Below are positions 1 through 10,902 of a stretch of DNA of 64,000 nt, one piece after another. The stretch is from a virus (lineage: Duplodnaviria > Caudoviricetes). The stretch lies in the IMG/VR virus record IMGVR_UViG_3300031867_000041, positions 6,544 to 70,543 of that record; one strand, written 5' to 3'. The translations under genes and the position numbers were made by a program. Under the pieces are notes generated by a model. That model saw nothing but the letters and a program-made list of their open reading frames with translations, made no database searches and was not told the origin of the DNA. Each line of letters starts with the position of its first letter. The stretch's first letter is position 1.

Positions 1-1461
1 CATATCAAAATGATTTTCCTCTTTCTTTAGTTCAACAAATTCAGCCGTATCAGCAATATTTGTATAATCCTCAGAGTTAAGAATCTCCATCTTGGTAGGT
101 TCTGCTTCATACTTCTCAAGCTTCTAAGAAATAGAAGAGTAGTTTGCTCTCATTTTGTCTAGTTCTGCTTCTTCGTCAGATGTTACAAAAATAGGCTTAA
201 CAGGAATTCTGTCTCCTACAAGATTATAAACACCACCACGCACCTTGTAATTCTGCTTATATGCTTTTCCAGACCACATACCAATCATTACAACAGTTTT
301 AGAATCTTGATATATTTCACATCCGTAATAATCGTTATCTGATTCAGAATAAGTAGAATTCACAAGATCACACATTGCATTTTGAATATCCGACAAAGAA
401 AGTTCAAACTCTACACCATTTACAGAGTATTTCTTCTTATTAGAAAAGGTATTATCAGGAGTTACTTCTTCTGTATCTTTTTCTGACTCTTCAATTTCAT
501 CAAATTCTTCAACCACTTCATCAGGAGTTTCAGTAATCTGTTCGTCAACTCCTTCAGAAGCTTCTTCCTTGATTACCGGAGTTTCCTCTTCAGTGGCTTC
601 TTCGTTGGTTACATTAATTTCTTCTGTAACTTCATCGATTTTCTCTTCAAAATCCATCTCCACCGGTTCCTCCTTTCTTTGGTTTTTATCTATATTACCA
701 AGTCGCTCTACAACGACGTCAGCAATCTGATTTATAAATTCTTCTTTGTTAGATAAAATAGAGTTATTTAATTCGCTAAAATCAGCAATATCAGCCCTAG
801 AACCAAGCATACCCTCTCCAACTTCCGTTCCATCATCTCTTGACCCAAGTAAAGTCGAAGCTGATACATAAAACTTTTGAAGATCAAGATAACCATCATT
901 CGCATTATATCCCAATTCTTCAATAGACAATTCGCAGGAATTTTTGGTTCCCCCTTTTCTACGAATAATATCACAAGCTCTAGTATATTCTTCACTTATA
1001 TATGCATATGCACACACATATGTTTTATCTAACTCTTCATCATATTCAAAAAACGGATCTCCTTCATCAAAAGACCCAACTTGTTTTTCTTGATACTCAT
1101 AAAACTCGTTACCATCGCTGTCTGTTTCTATAACCATATTATGAGATTCAAAGTCCCATTCTCCATTATCCAACTAATGGATGTACGCCATAATTGGTCT
1201 GTTTTTAATAGTTGGCATAGCATCTTTAGCCGCTTTCTCAGATACAAAGCTTCCGTTTCTATTTAAGTCTAAATGGAATACCCGTATCTTTAAGCGCATC
1301 ATACCTCGATGAGCATCGTCAACATTTTCATCGACTTCGAATGTTGTTGGAATTTGAACACATAATTTATAACCAGAATCAGCAGAAGAAAACTTAGTAA
1401 GATTATTTTTCTTGAAAAACCATAACAAATCTTCCATCGAAAGCAATTTTTTCTTACGCAT
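1..1461 (-). CDS. Prohead protease/scaffold-like head protein (YonD-like), 3' end runs off the window; TAG-recoded
   Basis: ATG at 1461 after GAGGTG RBS. Track ORFs 1174..1518 and 124..1173 are in one frame, separated by a single TAG (1174-1176, ...MAYIH*LDNGEWDF...). Another TAG at 124-126 is followed by open frame to the edge. Lies downstream of the portal and has an acidic C-terminal region. Confidence 0.75.
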
Positions 1462-2671
1462 TTTCCACCTCGCATTCATCAAAAATGTGCAAATAATCAT
1501 ATAGATATCTCCAAACATACCCTCCGGCCGTTTTCAAACGGTTTCTACAAACTGATATTATATCAGCTCTATTTACGCCGGTTGCCATGGATGCGTCTTT
1601 CGGTGATGAATATTGATTTATATAATTATTATCAATTGATAGTTGTACAACTGGTTTCACTCTAATATTTTTTAAAATATATGGATTATAATCTCCACAA
1701 CGATTCCATAAAAAACCACCTGCCGATTCTTTTGTATGATTACAACACTGATTTATAATAGAATCATCAACACCAGTATATCTTTTAGCCTAACCAACAG
1801 ACAAAAAAGTATCTAACAACCTTCCCGTCCCGTTTTCTCTCTGTTCTATAGCAAAAACACAATTATCATAAGAAAACATACTGTCATTTATATCATCTGT
1901 TTTATACTTCCAAATAAAACCAAAAGCCGTTTTTTGTCCTCCATTACAACATGATTTTATGTTCGCCATAATGGTTTGTGCAGAAAATGTTTCATTATGA
2001 CTTTTGAGTATATTGATAATATAGTCAGAAGCTACATTAAGATTTTTGAAAGTATTCAATATTTTCATTCCAATACCAAATTGGACAATTTCAGAATTAT
2101 CAAAACGCTTTAATAGTTCATTTATTTCGCTTTGTGTTAATGGGTTATCAGTACGCCTCCATACATAACCACCAGAAGTGATAGACATTGGTTTTTTGTT
2201 TATCACATCAACAATACCAGAACATCCGGTTTTTATTTTTGCTTCAGAAATTGTATTATATCTCTCCAATTCATTTCCACATAAATCGTATTGTATTACA
2301 GGAACTCTTAATACAGAACAACCATCATAGTCTCCACCATCGCTATAATTATAAACAGATTTTCCATATTGTTTTTTCGACTCAACTATAATCGCATGTT
2401 CTCTATCATTCAAAATATTCAACAATTCCTTATCTGTATAACAACTATATTTTTCCAATTGTTCAATAGAAAAATTATCAACACCATACTTTTTCATAGC
2501 TTTGTATAAACCATATTTACTATATCTATCCATCTTGCTATCTTTAACATGATCAGCAAATCTTTTTTCAATAGTCTGTCTTGTTTGACCTATATAGAAA
2601 TGATTGTTGACATTGTTTGTTATTTTATAAATATATCCTTCATACATACCAGTTTCTTTATTATAAGCCAT
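1454..2671 (-). CDS. Free-standing GIY-YIG homing endonuclease with NUMOD1-like repeats (405 aa, one in-frame TAG)
   Basis: N-terminal GYIYKITN...YIGQT motif and repeated CxxxxxxxAxGxxW segments. ORFs 1790..2671 and 1454..1660 share a frame across TAG 1790-1792. Confidence 0.85.
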
Positions 2672-2811
2672 ATAATAAATTCCTCCTTTAAATTAAAAAG
2701 AGACCGCATTCCGCGGTCTCATAATTAAAATAGAAGAGGGGGTGGTAATTATCCACCAAATCTTCCTTTGCTGGTTGGGAGCATATGCCCAACATGCATT
2801 CAGCAAAATAT

Positions 2812-2985
2812 TTAAAAACGAAGGATGCTCGTAGTTTGAACATCCTTCATTCCATCCATTGAAAATGTAGTTTTATTGTTTAAAAACATCCAACGATTCC
2901 CCTCCTTCGGAAGCTCTTGAAATCCAAGTTCACGAAGCTTCTCTGCGGTTTCCTCATCAGATGTGTAAATAAATTTTTTATCCAT
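2812..2985 (-). CDS. Small hypothetical protein (57 aa) downstream of portal
   Basis: ATG at 2985 with AAGGGTGA RBS; MDKKFIYTSDEETAEKLRELGFQELPKEGNRWMFLNNK...; TAA stop. Confidence 0.7.
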   Translation of the reverse strand: MDKKFIYTSDEETAEKLRELGFQELPKEGNRWMFLNNKTTFSMDGMKDVQTTSILRF

Positions 2986-2996
2986 TTATATCACCC

Positions 2997-4508
2997 TTAT
3001 GTATCCGCTGTATCTCTAGTCCTGTCTCCAGAGTCTGTTAATTCATCGTCTGGAGTTTGTGGTCTTCCCGCTTTATCAGATTGAGTATACGAAGTAGACC
3101 ATGGAATAAACACATCACTAAGATGTAAAACAGATTCTTCTAAAAAGTTTAATGCTATTGTATCTTTTTCAGAAAAACCATTTAAAGTGTTATATGCCAG
3201 TTTTACTGGCAGACCTTTATCTCCAGCAGACATTAATTCTTCTTTATACTGTTCCTTAGTATATACAGTAACCGGAAAGAATTTAACCTTACATGGATCA
3301 CTAATAGTTAATTGTAATCTATGATTAACCCAACTTTGAATTTGGGGTAACAAAGAAGATATAGCGTACTCACTATTAGCAATACTTGCCATACGAAATG
3401 CAAATGTATTATTAATGGTTGCTCCGTTAAGCAGCTCGGCACCACCAGCAGTATTTAAAACAGTTTCAGTAGCTTTTGCAACTTTCGTAGTATCAGAAGC
3501 TGCATTATCTGGAAATGATATTTCGTTCAATTTTCCTGGAACAATCGCCGCCGACATATTCGGAGGGATAGCTTCGTCCACCATTTTATTAAAATAATCA
3601 ACTGCTAAATCAACATCAACGCGCCAGTCATCTGGGATATCTGTTCCGTCCAACGTTTCAAGCTCATACCAAATAAGCTTATATATTTCTTGCTCCGCTG
3701 CAACAGCTTGAATATCCTCTAGATCCAAAAGATTAATGATAGAATTAGACATTGGCATCAGAGGACCAATAATCGTTTCAATATCTTCACTACGATATTT
3801 ACAACATAAACTAAACTCTTCCGGCATTGGTTGCCATTTTTCTCTGGTAGATTCATAATCTCTGTATAATTGTTCAAATACTTCTGGAAAATACTCTATC
3901 AACTCTTGATGTCCACGCAAGTATGAACAATCAATGGCATAAGCAAACTCACCGGTCATATATTTACCCGTTATTCTTGCTGAATCAGCTGGCCATGGGA
4001 GAACAAAAACTCCATCGTCATCCTCAATCCAAACATTATAACTAACATCCTAAACAAAACATGTAAGTATAATTGGATAGAATTCCTATTGAAGTCTCAT
4101 TTTATCTAACTCATCAACAGTCTCCTAAAATGATTTCAATACTTTCTGTGGGTTATTTTCTTTTGTTAAATCATGATTCGGAATAACCGATCTACAATAC
4201 AAAACAAACATATTCGAGAAAAAAATACAAAGTCTAGCATATATCTACGATCTATAAAACAAATACCACGAAAGATTTCTTAATCTAGCCTCATTACCCA
4301 CAATATTTTGAAAATAACTACGCAATGTTTCTTTGTCAAAAACTCCAACATTACGAGTTGAATTTTTCGTAAAATCACGAAGTCTCTTAAAAGCTTCCTA
4401 CGATTCGGCAAATCTTTGTTTTAGAAAATCTTCATTGTATTTCTGAGCAAATTCCCTTCGCTCACTATTAGTTGGCGTCGCCTTAGACACCGTACTTTTA
4501 GTCGCCAA
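2997..4508 (-). CDS. Portal protein (YonE-like, 503 aa, five in-frame TAG)
   Basis: TTG start at 4508 after AAGGGGGTG. Frame is continuous with track ORF 2997..3959 when TAG is read as sense. Lies between terminase and protease. Confidence 0.8.
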
Positions 4509-4523
4509 TTGGCAACACCCCCT

Positions 4524-7500
4524 TTAAAACGAAGAAAACCGTCTGGCGGATCGTATTGTCAAACGGTTTACAAGATTATCATTATTTTGTTTCGGACGTT
4601 TAAGTTGGTCTTCACGCCTAGCCTACATTAAAGCGTAGCCAAGCATGCAGCAAACATAAGCACGGTCGTCATGCATTTTGTTCGCCTTTTCTGGGGTTAA
4701 TTCAAAAGAATCTTTGCCAGATTCTCTTTTTTTACGAATCATATTTACCAACTCTTCTTTGAGCGCATCTATATTAGCAAGCGCTATTTCGTCCCGCCAA
4801 TCTAATTTAATTGTTTTGGTTTTTACAGACTAAACCTTATTTAGTTCTTCTTTTAGTTTTTCTTCGAACTCCTTGCCAACAACTTTCTGTTTTTTTAATT
4901 TCTCTGTTATTTTATTTGTTTCTTCATCTAACAATTTCTAATCAATATCAAAAACAGTAAGATATCCTTTATGATCATAATTTGAAGTAAAACTAATTTT
5001 ATTCTAATTCATCATCTCAATCATTGCTTCATACATTATTGATTTAAACGCACTTGGGTTCATCATATGTAGTTTTCCTTGAATTGCATCTGGAAATCTC
5101 TTTACATATTCTTCTGAATAATCTTTATCAATAAGTCCTCTATGTTCTATTCCGGCTTTGTCAACCCAATTTTGCATAAGCATATCAGCAATTATTGGTC
5201 CACCTCCACCGGACCCAGCATCACAATAAATACCAAGTATATTATCATAATTATCAGTACCGCCATCATAGTCAAGAATCATTTGTCTTAGATATTCAAC
5301 CTAATCTGGGGTCTGCATTGGAGACTTTATCTTTTTGCCAACGTCAACAAGATTAACAAGATTTACTATACGCGCTTTCTTCTCGGTTTTTCCATCAGGA
5401 GTTGGAGAATCATAGCATTCACCAGCGAGAATGACCGAATTGTCGCGAAGTCTAGCCGGATCGTACAAAAGCCAAAATTTTTTATCACCAGTATCATTAC
5501 TATGAAGAGGTTTTCTTGTCTCCTCATTCCTTGTAATTACACCACGCTTAATAATAGCATCGGCGCCGGCTTCTGTTGTGAATTGACAATAATATTCACG
5601 CCTGGCTTTTTCTGGATTTGTCCTCATTTCAGACTCAACAGTTGAGCGAGAGAGAAGAGGTGTAATAACTTCTCCGTGAAGAGTTGGCTTAAATGCAAGT
5701 TCGCAATCAATATGAAGGACACAGTAATCTGGGTCTCCCATAATTTGACGCTTTGCGAAATCTCTATATAAAGCATAAAACTTTGTGTCTGTGCTAGAAG
5801 CAGAACTGATATAAAACTTTTGGTTTGGAATATTTGTAGCAAACGTTCTTTGACGTATTGGGTCAATCGACCTACCACTAGCATCCTTACCAGTCTTTAG
5901 GCTTTTGTTTACAATAGCAAAAGCAGAATAAACATTCATCATTTCTTCCGAAAGAAATCCAGATTCATCAAAAATAACGTTTCCTCTCATCAATCTGTTA
6001 TCTTAGAAGCTTTTTATCTTCTAATTCTTATGGTTATCCTTCCCATAAGTTCGGCATATCTTTTCACCTTCATCATTATATGGTCAGGTGGCGCTGACTC
6101 GTGGAGAGATTATATTCTATACAATAGTTTCACTCTCTATGCTCTGCCTGTGACTATGCTTTTAATCATAGCCTTCCAGTCGGGTTGGCATTCCAGCGTT
6201 CCCGTTTTCTTCAGCGCTTTAGTATTATAATCCACTTATTTCTAAGCGGCGAGGCGTTGAGGAATATATAAGTTTCACCTCTTTTTTTATCTATATTACT
6301 ATTCAGTGTCTACGTCATAGATCCATTATATACTTCGTAATTAAAGCCGTTTGACGAGTGGCTAAAGCCATCTCCGGCAGCATTCTTAATCTTTATCTCA
6401 TCTTTAAATATTTTTCCAGTAGAACCAGAAAATGTATCAATATTATCATTCGCGATCCGCTCCAGCGTTGTAAATGTCTATTCTGCCTGCGATCCAGAAC
6501 CAGATGCTATGTATGTCCAATAATTACAAAAACACATATCCTTCATCATAGTTTCCAAGTCAATGACCGTGCTATTATGTGTTACAGTATTTTTCTTCCC
6601 ACACAAAAACAGTTTTTCTTCACTATCTACTGAAATACATTTAGTTTTTACCGAATCAACTTTAACTATATTTACAATTTGCTTCCTTCGCTGTTTAGCG
6701 GGTAGATAATCTTTTAATCTATCAAGCTTTCTTGGTAACTTGAAACATGGCAGTTCTTTGCTAGGAGTAAATTTAAACCTATGCGCCTTAAATGTTTTGT
6801 CTCCACACTTTCGGTCGTATACTCCACATGTAAACTTAATCCCAAGGGATACCAATAACTTATAAAACCCATCACATATTTTTTCATGACAAACACTTTG
6901 AGTAAACTCTGCATATCCATCTTTAGAAATAGTACCATCTGTATCCATCAATCCACATAATAAATCTAATCTCTGTGACACGGAGCCATATAAGTACTCA
7001 TCTGGAATATGCTTATTCTCATATAAATTATTGGATTTTAACAACGTCACTAAGGGGATGTCATCATATCTATGTAATATTATTCGCTTATTATTCTTAG
7101 CATCATTAATAATTGATTTGATTTTATATCCGGTTTGTTCTATCGCTTTTATAATGTCATCCAAATCGGAATTGTGACATGTAATATAGCCCCCAGCAGA
7201 ACATCCATCTCCCAACCATAACCCTAATATATATGGATTTATATCATATTCTTTTTGAGGATGCATAAGTGGCAAACTCATTGGAACTGAATATCTAACA
7301 GCATGATAGTCTTTATCCCACTTATCACTGTAAGTTTTTCTATTTGGAATTAAATATGACGAAAATAACTCGCTTGTAGTTAACTCTTTTAATTCCTTCT
7401 TTTTTGAATAAACATCATAAACAGACCATATATGATCAGCATCGGCTATAATTTTCTCCTAATCAGAAAATGTAATCTCATAGCAATCATGATTAGTAAA

Positions 7501-7914
7501 AATAGGTGAAGTATTTATAACCTTCACTGGAACGCCATAATTATCAAATACATAGTCCCCAATTTGTATGTCTTCCATTGTTTTATCACCATCAGGTGTT
7601 GGAATTATTGTATCTAAGCTCAAAGCTTTACCCCATCCACGAGTTGCGACTATTAAAACATTTGGGCAATTCCAAGACCTCTAAACAGCCAAAGCCTAAG
7701 AATCAAGCAATTCTATATTAAACCAAAAATCAATACCTTTAACCGGATTGCACTAAAAGTATTTTTGCATTTCTGCAATAGCAATTAATGATTCTATTTT
7801 TCTTGAAGACATTGGATAATTTATAGGCTTGACATATATACCATAGTCCTAATAAAAATCTTTGTCATACTATAAATCAAAATCTACTTTATTCGGTGTC
7901 CATATCTGACTCAT
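4524..7914 (-). CDS. terL: Terminase large subunit (join 7914-6277, 5990-4524), with intein, group I intron and multiple in-frame TAG
   Basis: Walker A TRGWGK|ST split by the intein; Walker B VIFDES; nuclease motifs CDAGSGGGG and HDDRAY. The only in-frame stops before TAA 4524-4526 are TAG. Confidence 0.9.
5991..6276 (-). mobile_element. Group I intron (286 nt, no ORF) in terL
   Basis: 5' exon ends in U (AAA AGA GGT) and the intron ends in G (...ACAGATTG). Removal restores NIDKKRG|MRGNVIFDES in frame. Core motifs GCAGAGCATA and AAGATATGCC form a P7-like pair. Confidence 0.8.
6574..7626 (-). mobile_element. Intein (351 aa, Ala1, class 3 signature) with LAGLIDADG homing endonuclease, in the terL Walker A
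   Basis: Starts ALSLDTIIPTPDG and ends TVTHN|S. Block B ADADHIW, block F TKCISV; LAGLIDADG motifs YILGLWLGDG and LLCGLMDTDG. Confidence 0.9.
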
Positions 7915-9241
7915 CGTACACCTCCTCATCTTCATCGCTTGAGAATGGGGAATATAATTCCTTCAGATTCTATAAATCAAAAGATATGTCTAAACCTTGT
8001 TCTTCTATAAAATCTTTAAGATCAAGATTTTCTCTCAGTAACAATCTATTGATTTCTTTAAACGAATCTCTTTCTTTTCTTAGTTCCTAATTATCCACTC
8101 TCATGGTTGCAACTATATCAGACCATTCTGATTCATCCAAAGCAAGCTGTTTCATAATAGAAGCGTCGCTTATTTCTTGAACCTATTGCATACCTTTGCA
8201 TGTAGCAATATCAAAACCATTTACTTGCCCACATCGTAAATTCAAATCTTTTATTTTCTAAATTTTACCAGTCCAAGTATTCTCGCCTTTAATCGAGTTT
8301 TTGCTATTTTTAAGGGATATACAACTTTCTTTCGCAAGATTGTTAACGCTGCCAAGAATCTATGCTTTCATCTACTACAACGATTTGATAGTAGCAATGT
8401 TTTTTTCTGCGTTTCTAAAGTCTTGAGATAATTGTGCGACCATATCATCAATATTACTGGCTTGTAAAAATCCTCGCACAATACTAATTATAGAAGCTGT
8501 TCGCATCATATCATCGTTTCCTTCTTCTGACGAATCAAGAAAACCGATTAACTGCGAATATAAGAAAGGCTGATCAGATAATTTTTCTTTATCAAATGGC
8601 AAGTAGCCCAACAAACGTAACGTGTCATTTTTATTTTTTTCAAATTGTTCAATTATTTCCTAGTCTTTTGGAAGAGCATTCTCCGCCATATCCTGGAGCG
8701 ACAAAGCGCCCCCAGTATAATTATCAGAATTTCTGTAAGTCATAGTATAGTAATTAACCATCTATACATTTTTTATATATGCGGTATATACATTATTCTT
8801 TGTTTTGCCAGTAGCACCATTTGCAGCTTCCAACAAAGAAGCATCCCATATGGTTTCTAACATTGGCTTGTCAAGAAAATACATTGCGTCATCAACCGTT
8901 TGTTTAGTCGGTTGCTGTTTCTCTCCATTTACAAATGGCAAAGCTATATCCTCTGCACACTATTTACATCCATCAGTAATACCGGAGACTTGACCAGGTG
9001 CAGTCGATACGTAGAATTTATCTTTTGTTTTAACATGGCCACAATGTTGGCACGTATAAAACTTACTTCCAACACCCATAGCCTCTAGAGCTTTCACCTA
9101 GTTAGCCGGAGTCAATGTATCAAATATAGCGCAGAGCTATTCAATAGTTTTATCAATCTCTTTTAGGTTAGTAGTCTTACCTGCCTCCTTTGGTGAAAGC
9201 GGTTTCTTCTAGCCCTTTCTTACAATCTTGGTAGCAGCCAA
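7889..9241 (-). CDS. Conserved phage protein upstream of terL (YonG-like, possible terminase small subunit), 450 aa, many TAG including tandem TAG TAG
   Basis: TTG start after AAGGAGGT. CxxC pairs (CQHC, CK*C). Frame includes track ORF 8375..8614. Its TAA stop overlaps the terL start. Confidence 0.75.
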
Positions 9242-9273
9242 AACCTTTACCTCCTTTTAATCATATTTATATA

Positions 9274-9337
9274 AGCTGACGAGAAGAATCGAACTCACAA
9301 CCTAAATCAGTTGCGCTACCAACTGCGCCACATCAGC
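9274..9337 (-). pseudogene. tRNA-like gene lacking the anticodon loop and 3' anticodon strand (Thr-like body)
   Basis: GCTGATG..GTCAGC acceptor stem, GCGC-AGTTGGTA-GCGC D arm and TTCGATT T loop are intact. Only ACTGATTT remains of the anticodon arm. Confidence 0.65.
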
Positions 9338-9342
9338 AAAAA

Positions 9343-9413
9343 TAGAATATGTACGAGTCGAACGTCTCTTCTTCGTCCCAAGCGAAGTGTGCTACCGTTA
9401 CACCACATACTCT
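9343..9413 (-). tRNA. tRNA-Pro(UGG)
   Basis: Anticodon arm CTTCG-CTTGGGA-CGAAG, D loop with GG, T loop TTCGACT, paired acceptor stem. Confidence 0.8.
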
Positions 9414-9542
9414 AAAAATAAAGAACCAATGCAGGCATCAGCTCCTCTAAAAACCTCAACGGTTTTTGTTCCAAATCCTACCAACGGGAATCGAACCCGA
9501 AGTAGAAGAGTGCAATACCCTTCTACGCACCAACAGAGACTA

Positions 9543-9653
9543 TTATCTAATTGCGATTACAACCCAGAGCATTAACGACATAAAAGCCGTACTGCCAAGA
9601 ATGGCAATAACCTCTTGGGCTACATCTTTGGTGGTTTCTTTGAGAAAATCCAT
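9543..9653 (-). CDS. Small membrane peptide (36 aa)
   Basis: GGAGGTGA RBS; MDFLKETTKDVAQEVIAILGSTAFMSLMLWVVIAIR with a hydrophobic C-terminus. Confidence 0.55.
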   Translation of the reverse strand: MDFLKETTKDVAQEVIAILGSTAFMSLMLWVVIAIR

Positions 9654-9736
9654 GTCAATCACCTCCTATATAATAAACAGCGTATAACCATTAACTTAGC
9701 TGTGTCATGCTTTTGCACAAGTTTTATGGGCATCAA

Positions 9737-9961
9737 TTATCTTAAAACATCATTTATGATGTCTGCTGTTTTACATAATTCCTCTCTGGAAGTTATATCA
9801 AATCCAACATCTTTTATAAGCGCATGAGCAAGATGTAAACAAAAATGTTGAAGAAATTCGTCCTGCTCATCTGTTGTTTCTTCAGCGGAAGTATTAATTA
9901 CATTCATTACTTCATTATATTTATCTATACATTCTCTTGTGTTTTTGTAAAAATCTTTCAT
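9737..9961 (-). CDS. Hypothetical protein (74 aa)
   Basis: Track ORF with AAAGGA RBS, same orientation as the operon. Confidence 0.6.
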   Translation of the reverse strand: MKDFYKNTRECIDKYNEVMNVINTSAEETTDEQDEFLQHFCLHLAHALIKDVGFDITSREELCKTADIINDVLR

Positions 9962-9979
9962 AATATATATCCTTTTAAC

Positions 9980-10295
9980 CTCCCCGACTGGGACTCGAAC
10001 CCAGACATACCTGCTTCAAAGGCATATAACGGTTTTCCTACTACTCCATGTCACCATAGCCGACTTTCGTCGTTGTAGTCTGGACTATTTCTTCACCATA
10101 TGACATAATCACTTAGGTGTCCCCTATATAGTCTCTGTACATTTACGAAATAATCAATTTCGATTTAGCTCCTCGTTGTCTCAATATTATATTGAGAGTT
10201 TCGCGAATTAGGGGGAATTCACAATGAGACTTTCGTTCCCATGTGTCCAAATTAAGGCTGAGAGACCGGCGCGATACCAATTTCGCCATCGGGGA
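9980..10295 (-). tRNA. Intron-containing tRNA, predicted mature anticodon CUA (amber suppressor), long variable arm
   Basis: Acceptor TCCCCGA/TCGGGGA with G73; D arm GCG-AAATTGGTAT-CGC; T arm CTGGG-TTCGAGT-CCCAG. Joining exons at U|...G gives the 7-nt loop CU-CUA-AA. Confidence 0.8.
10037..10260 (-). mobile_element. Group I intron (224 nt) between anticodon positions 35 and 36
   Basis: P7 motifs CAGAGACTA and AAATAGTCC, P9 with CGAC-GAAA-GTCG tetraloop, IGS TTTGGACAC, terminal G. Confidence 0.85.
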
Positions 10296-10329
10296 TTAAT
10301 AAAGGCGTAGCCGAAGCCACGCCAATAAA

Positions 10330-10809
10330 TCAATCTTTCTTATCTGTTGTAAACATCACGCCATCTTCTTCACCAATTACAGCACGAGCAACATCTTCCA
10401 TTAGTGTAGAAACAAGACCATGCGGATCATGCAGATTGTCGTTCCAGAACTGGACGACTTCTGGCTTGAATACAACATAATTAATCGGGTTCACCATAAT
10501 TCCCTCAATGGTGGTTGCATAAGAAAATGCCGGATTGCCCTCAAAGGCCCGACGAATCATATCAACCTTTTTGGGTTCAGTGTTTGCCGGGATTACCTCA
10601 ATAAACACAGAAACATTTCCAAAATCTTTTTGCACCGGAAGAATTTCATCAAGAGCAGCAGCTTTAATTTCATTTTCTACATACAGCTTAATGTGAAGTT
10701 CATCCTCATCAAATGCTACCTTAATATCAGGATCCGCACCAAACAGTGCCTCGACCTGTCTATAGTATGTAATCCACGGTGGAGCTAACTTTACTTCTTT
10801 ATTTTCCAT
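10330..10809 (-). CDS. Conserved hypothetical phage protein (159 aa)
   Basis: Track ORF with GAGGT RBS. Confidence 0.75.
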   Translation of the reverse strand: MENKEVKLAPPWITYYRQVEALFGADPDIKVAFDEDELHIKLYVENEIKAAALDEILPVQKDFGNVSVFIEVIPANTEPKKVDMIRRAFEGNPAFSYATTIEGIMVNPINYVVFKPEVVQFWNDNLHDPHGLVSTLMEDVARAVIGEEDGVMFTTDKKD

Positions 10810-10902
10810 AACCTTTTACCTCATTATAAAAAATAGGAGAGGAGTAGTTGGCTCCTCTCCATAAACAAAGTGTGTACCGATGCGGTACTACGCTGGAGAC
10901 TC

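Noticed and set aside
1454-2810. GIY-YIG gene as intron-encoded
   Set aside because: The flanking genes are complete with their own RBS and start codon, and no group I core motifs were seen around it.
1-9241. Fragmented structural genes as pseudogenes of a decayed prophage
   Set aside because: Every interruption is an in-frame TAG, with no frameshifts, TAA or TGA apart from the intron, and catalytic motifs are intact.
9980-10295. tRNA-Ser(GGA) or tRNA-Leu(UAG) reading of the intron-containing tRNA
   Set aside because: GGA requires the intron to end in A rather than the conserved terminal G. UAG gives a 9-nt loop or breaks the anticodon stem. GGA is not fully excluded without junction sequencing.
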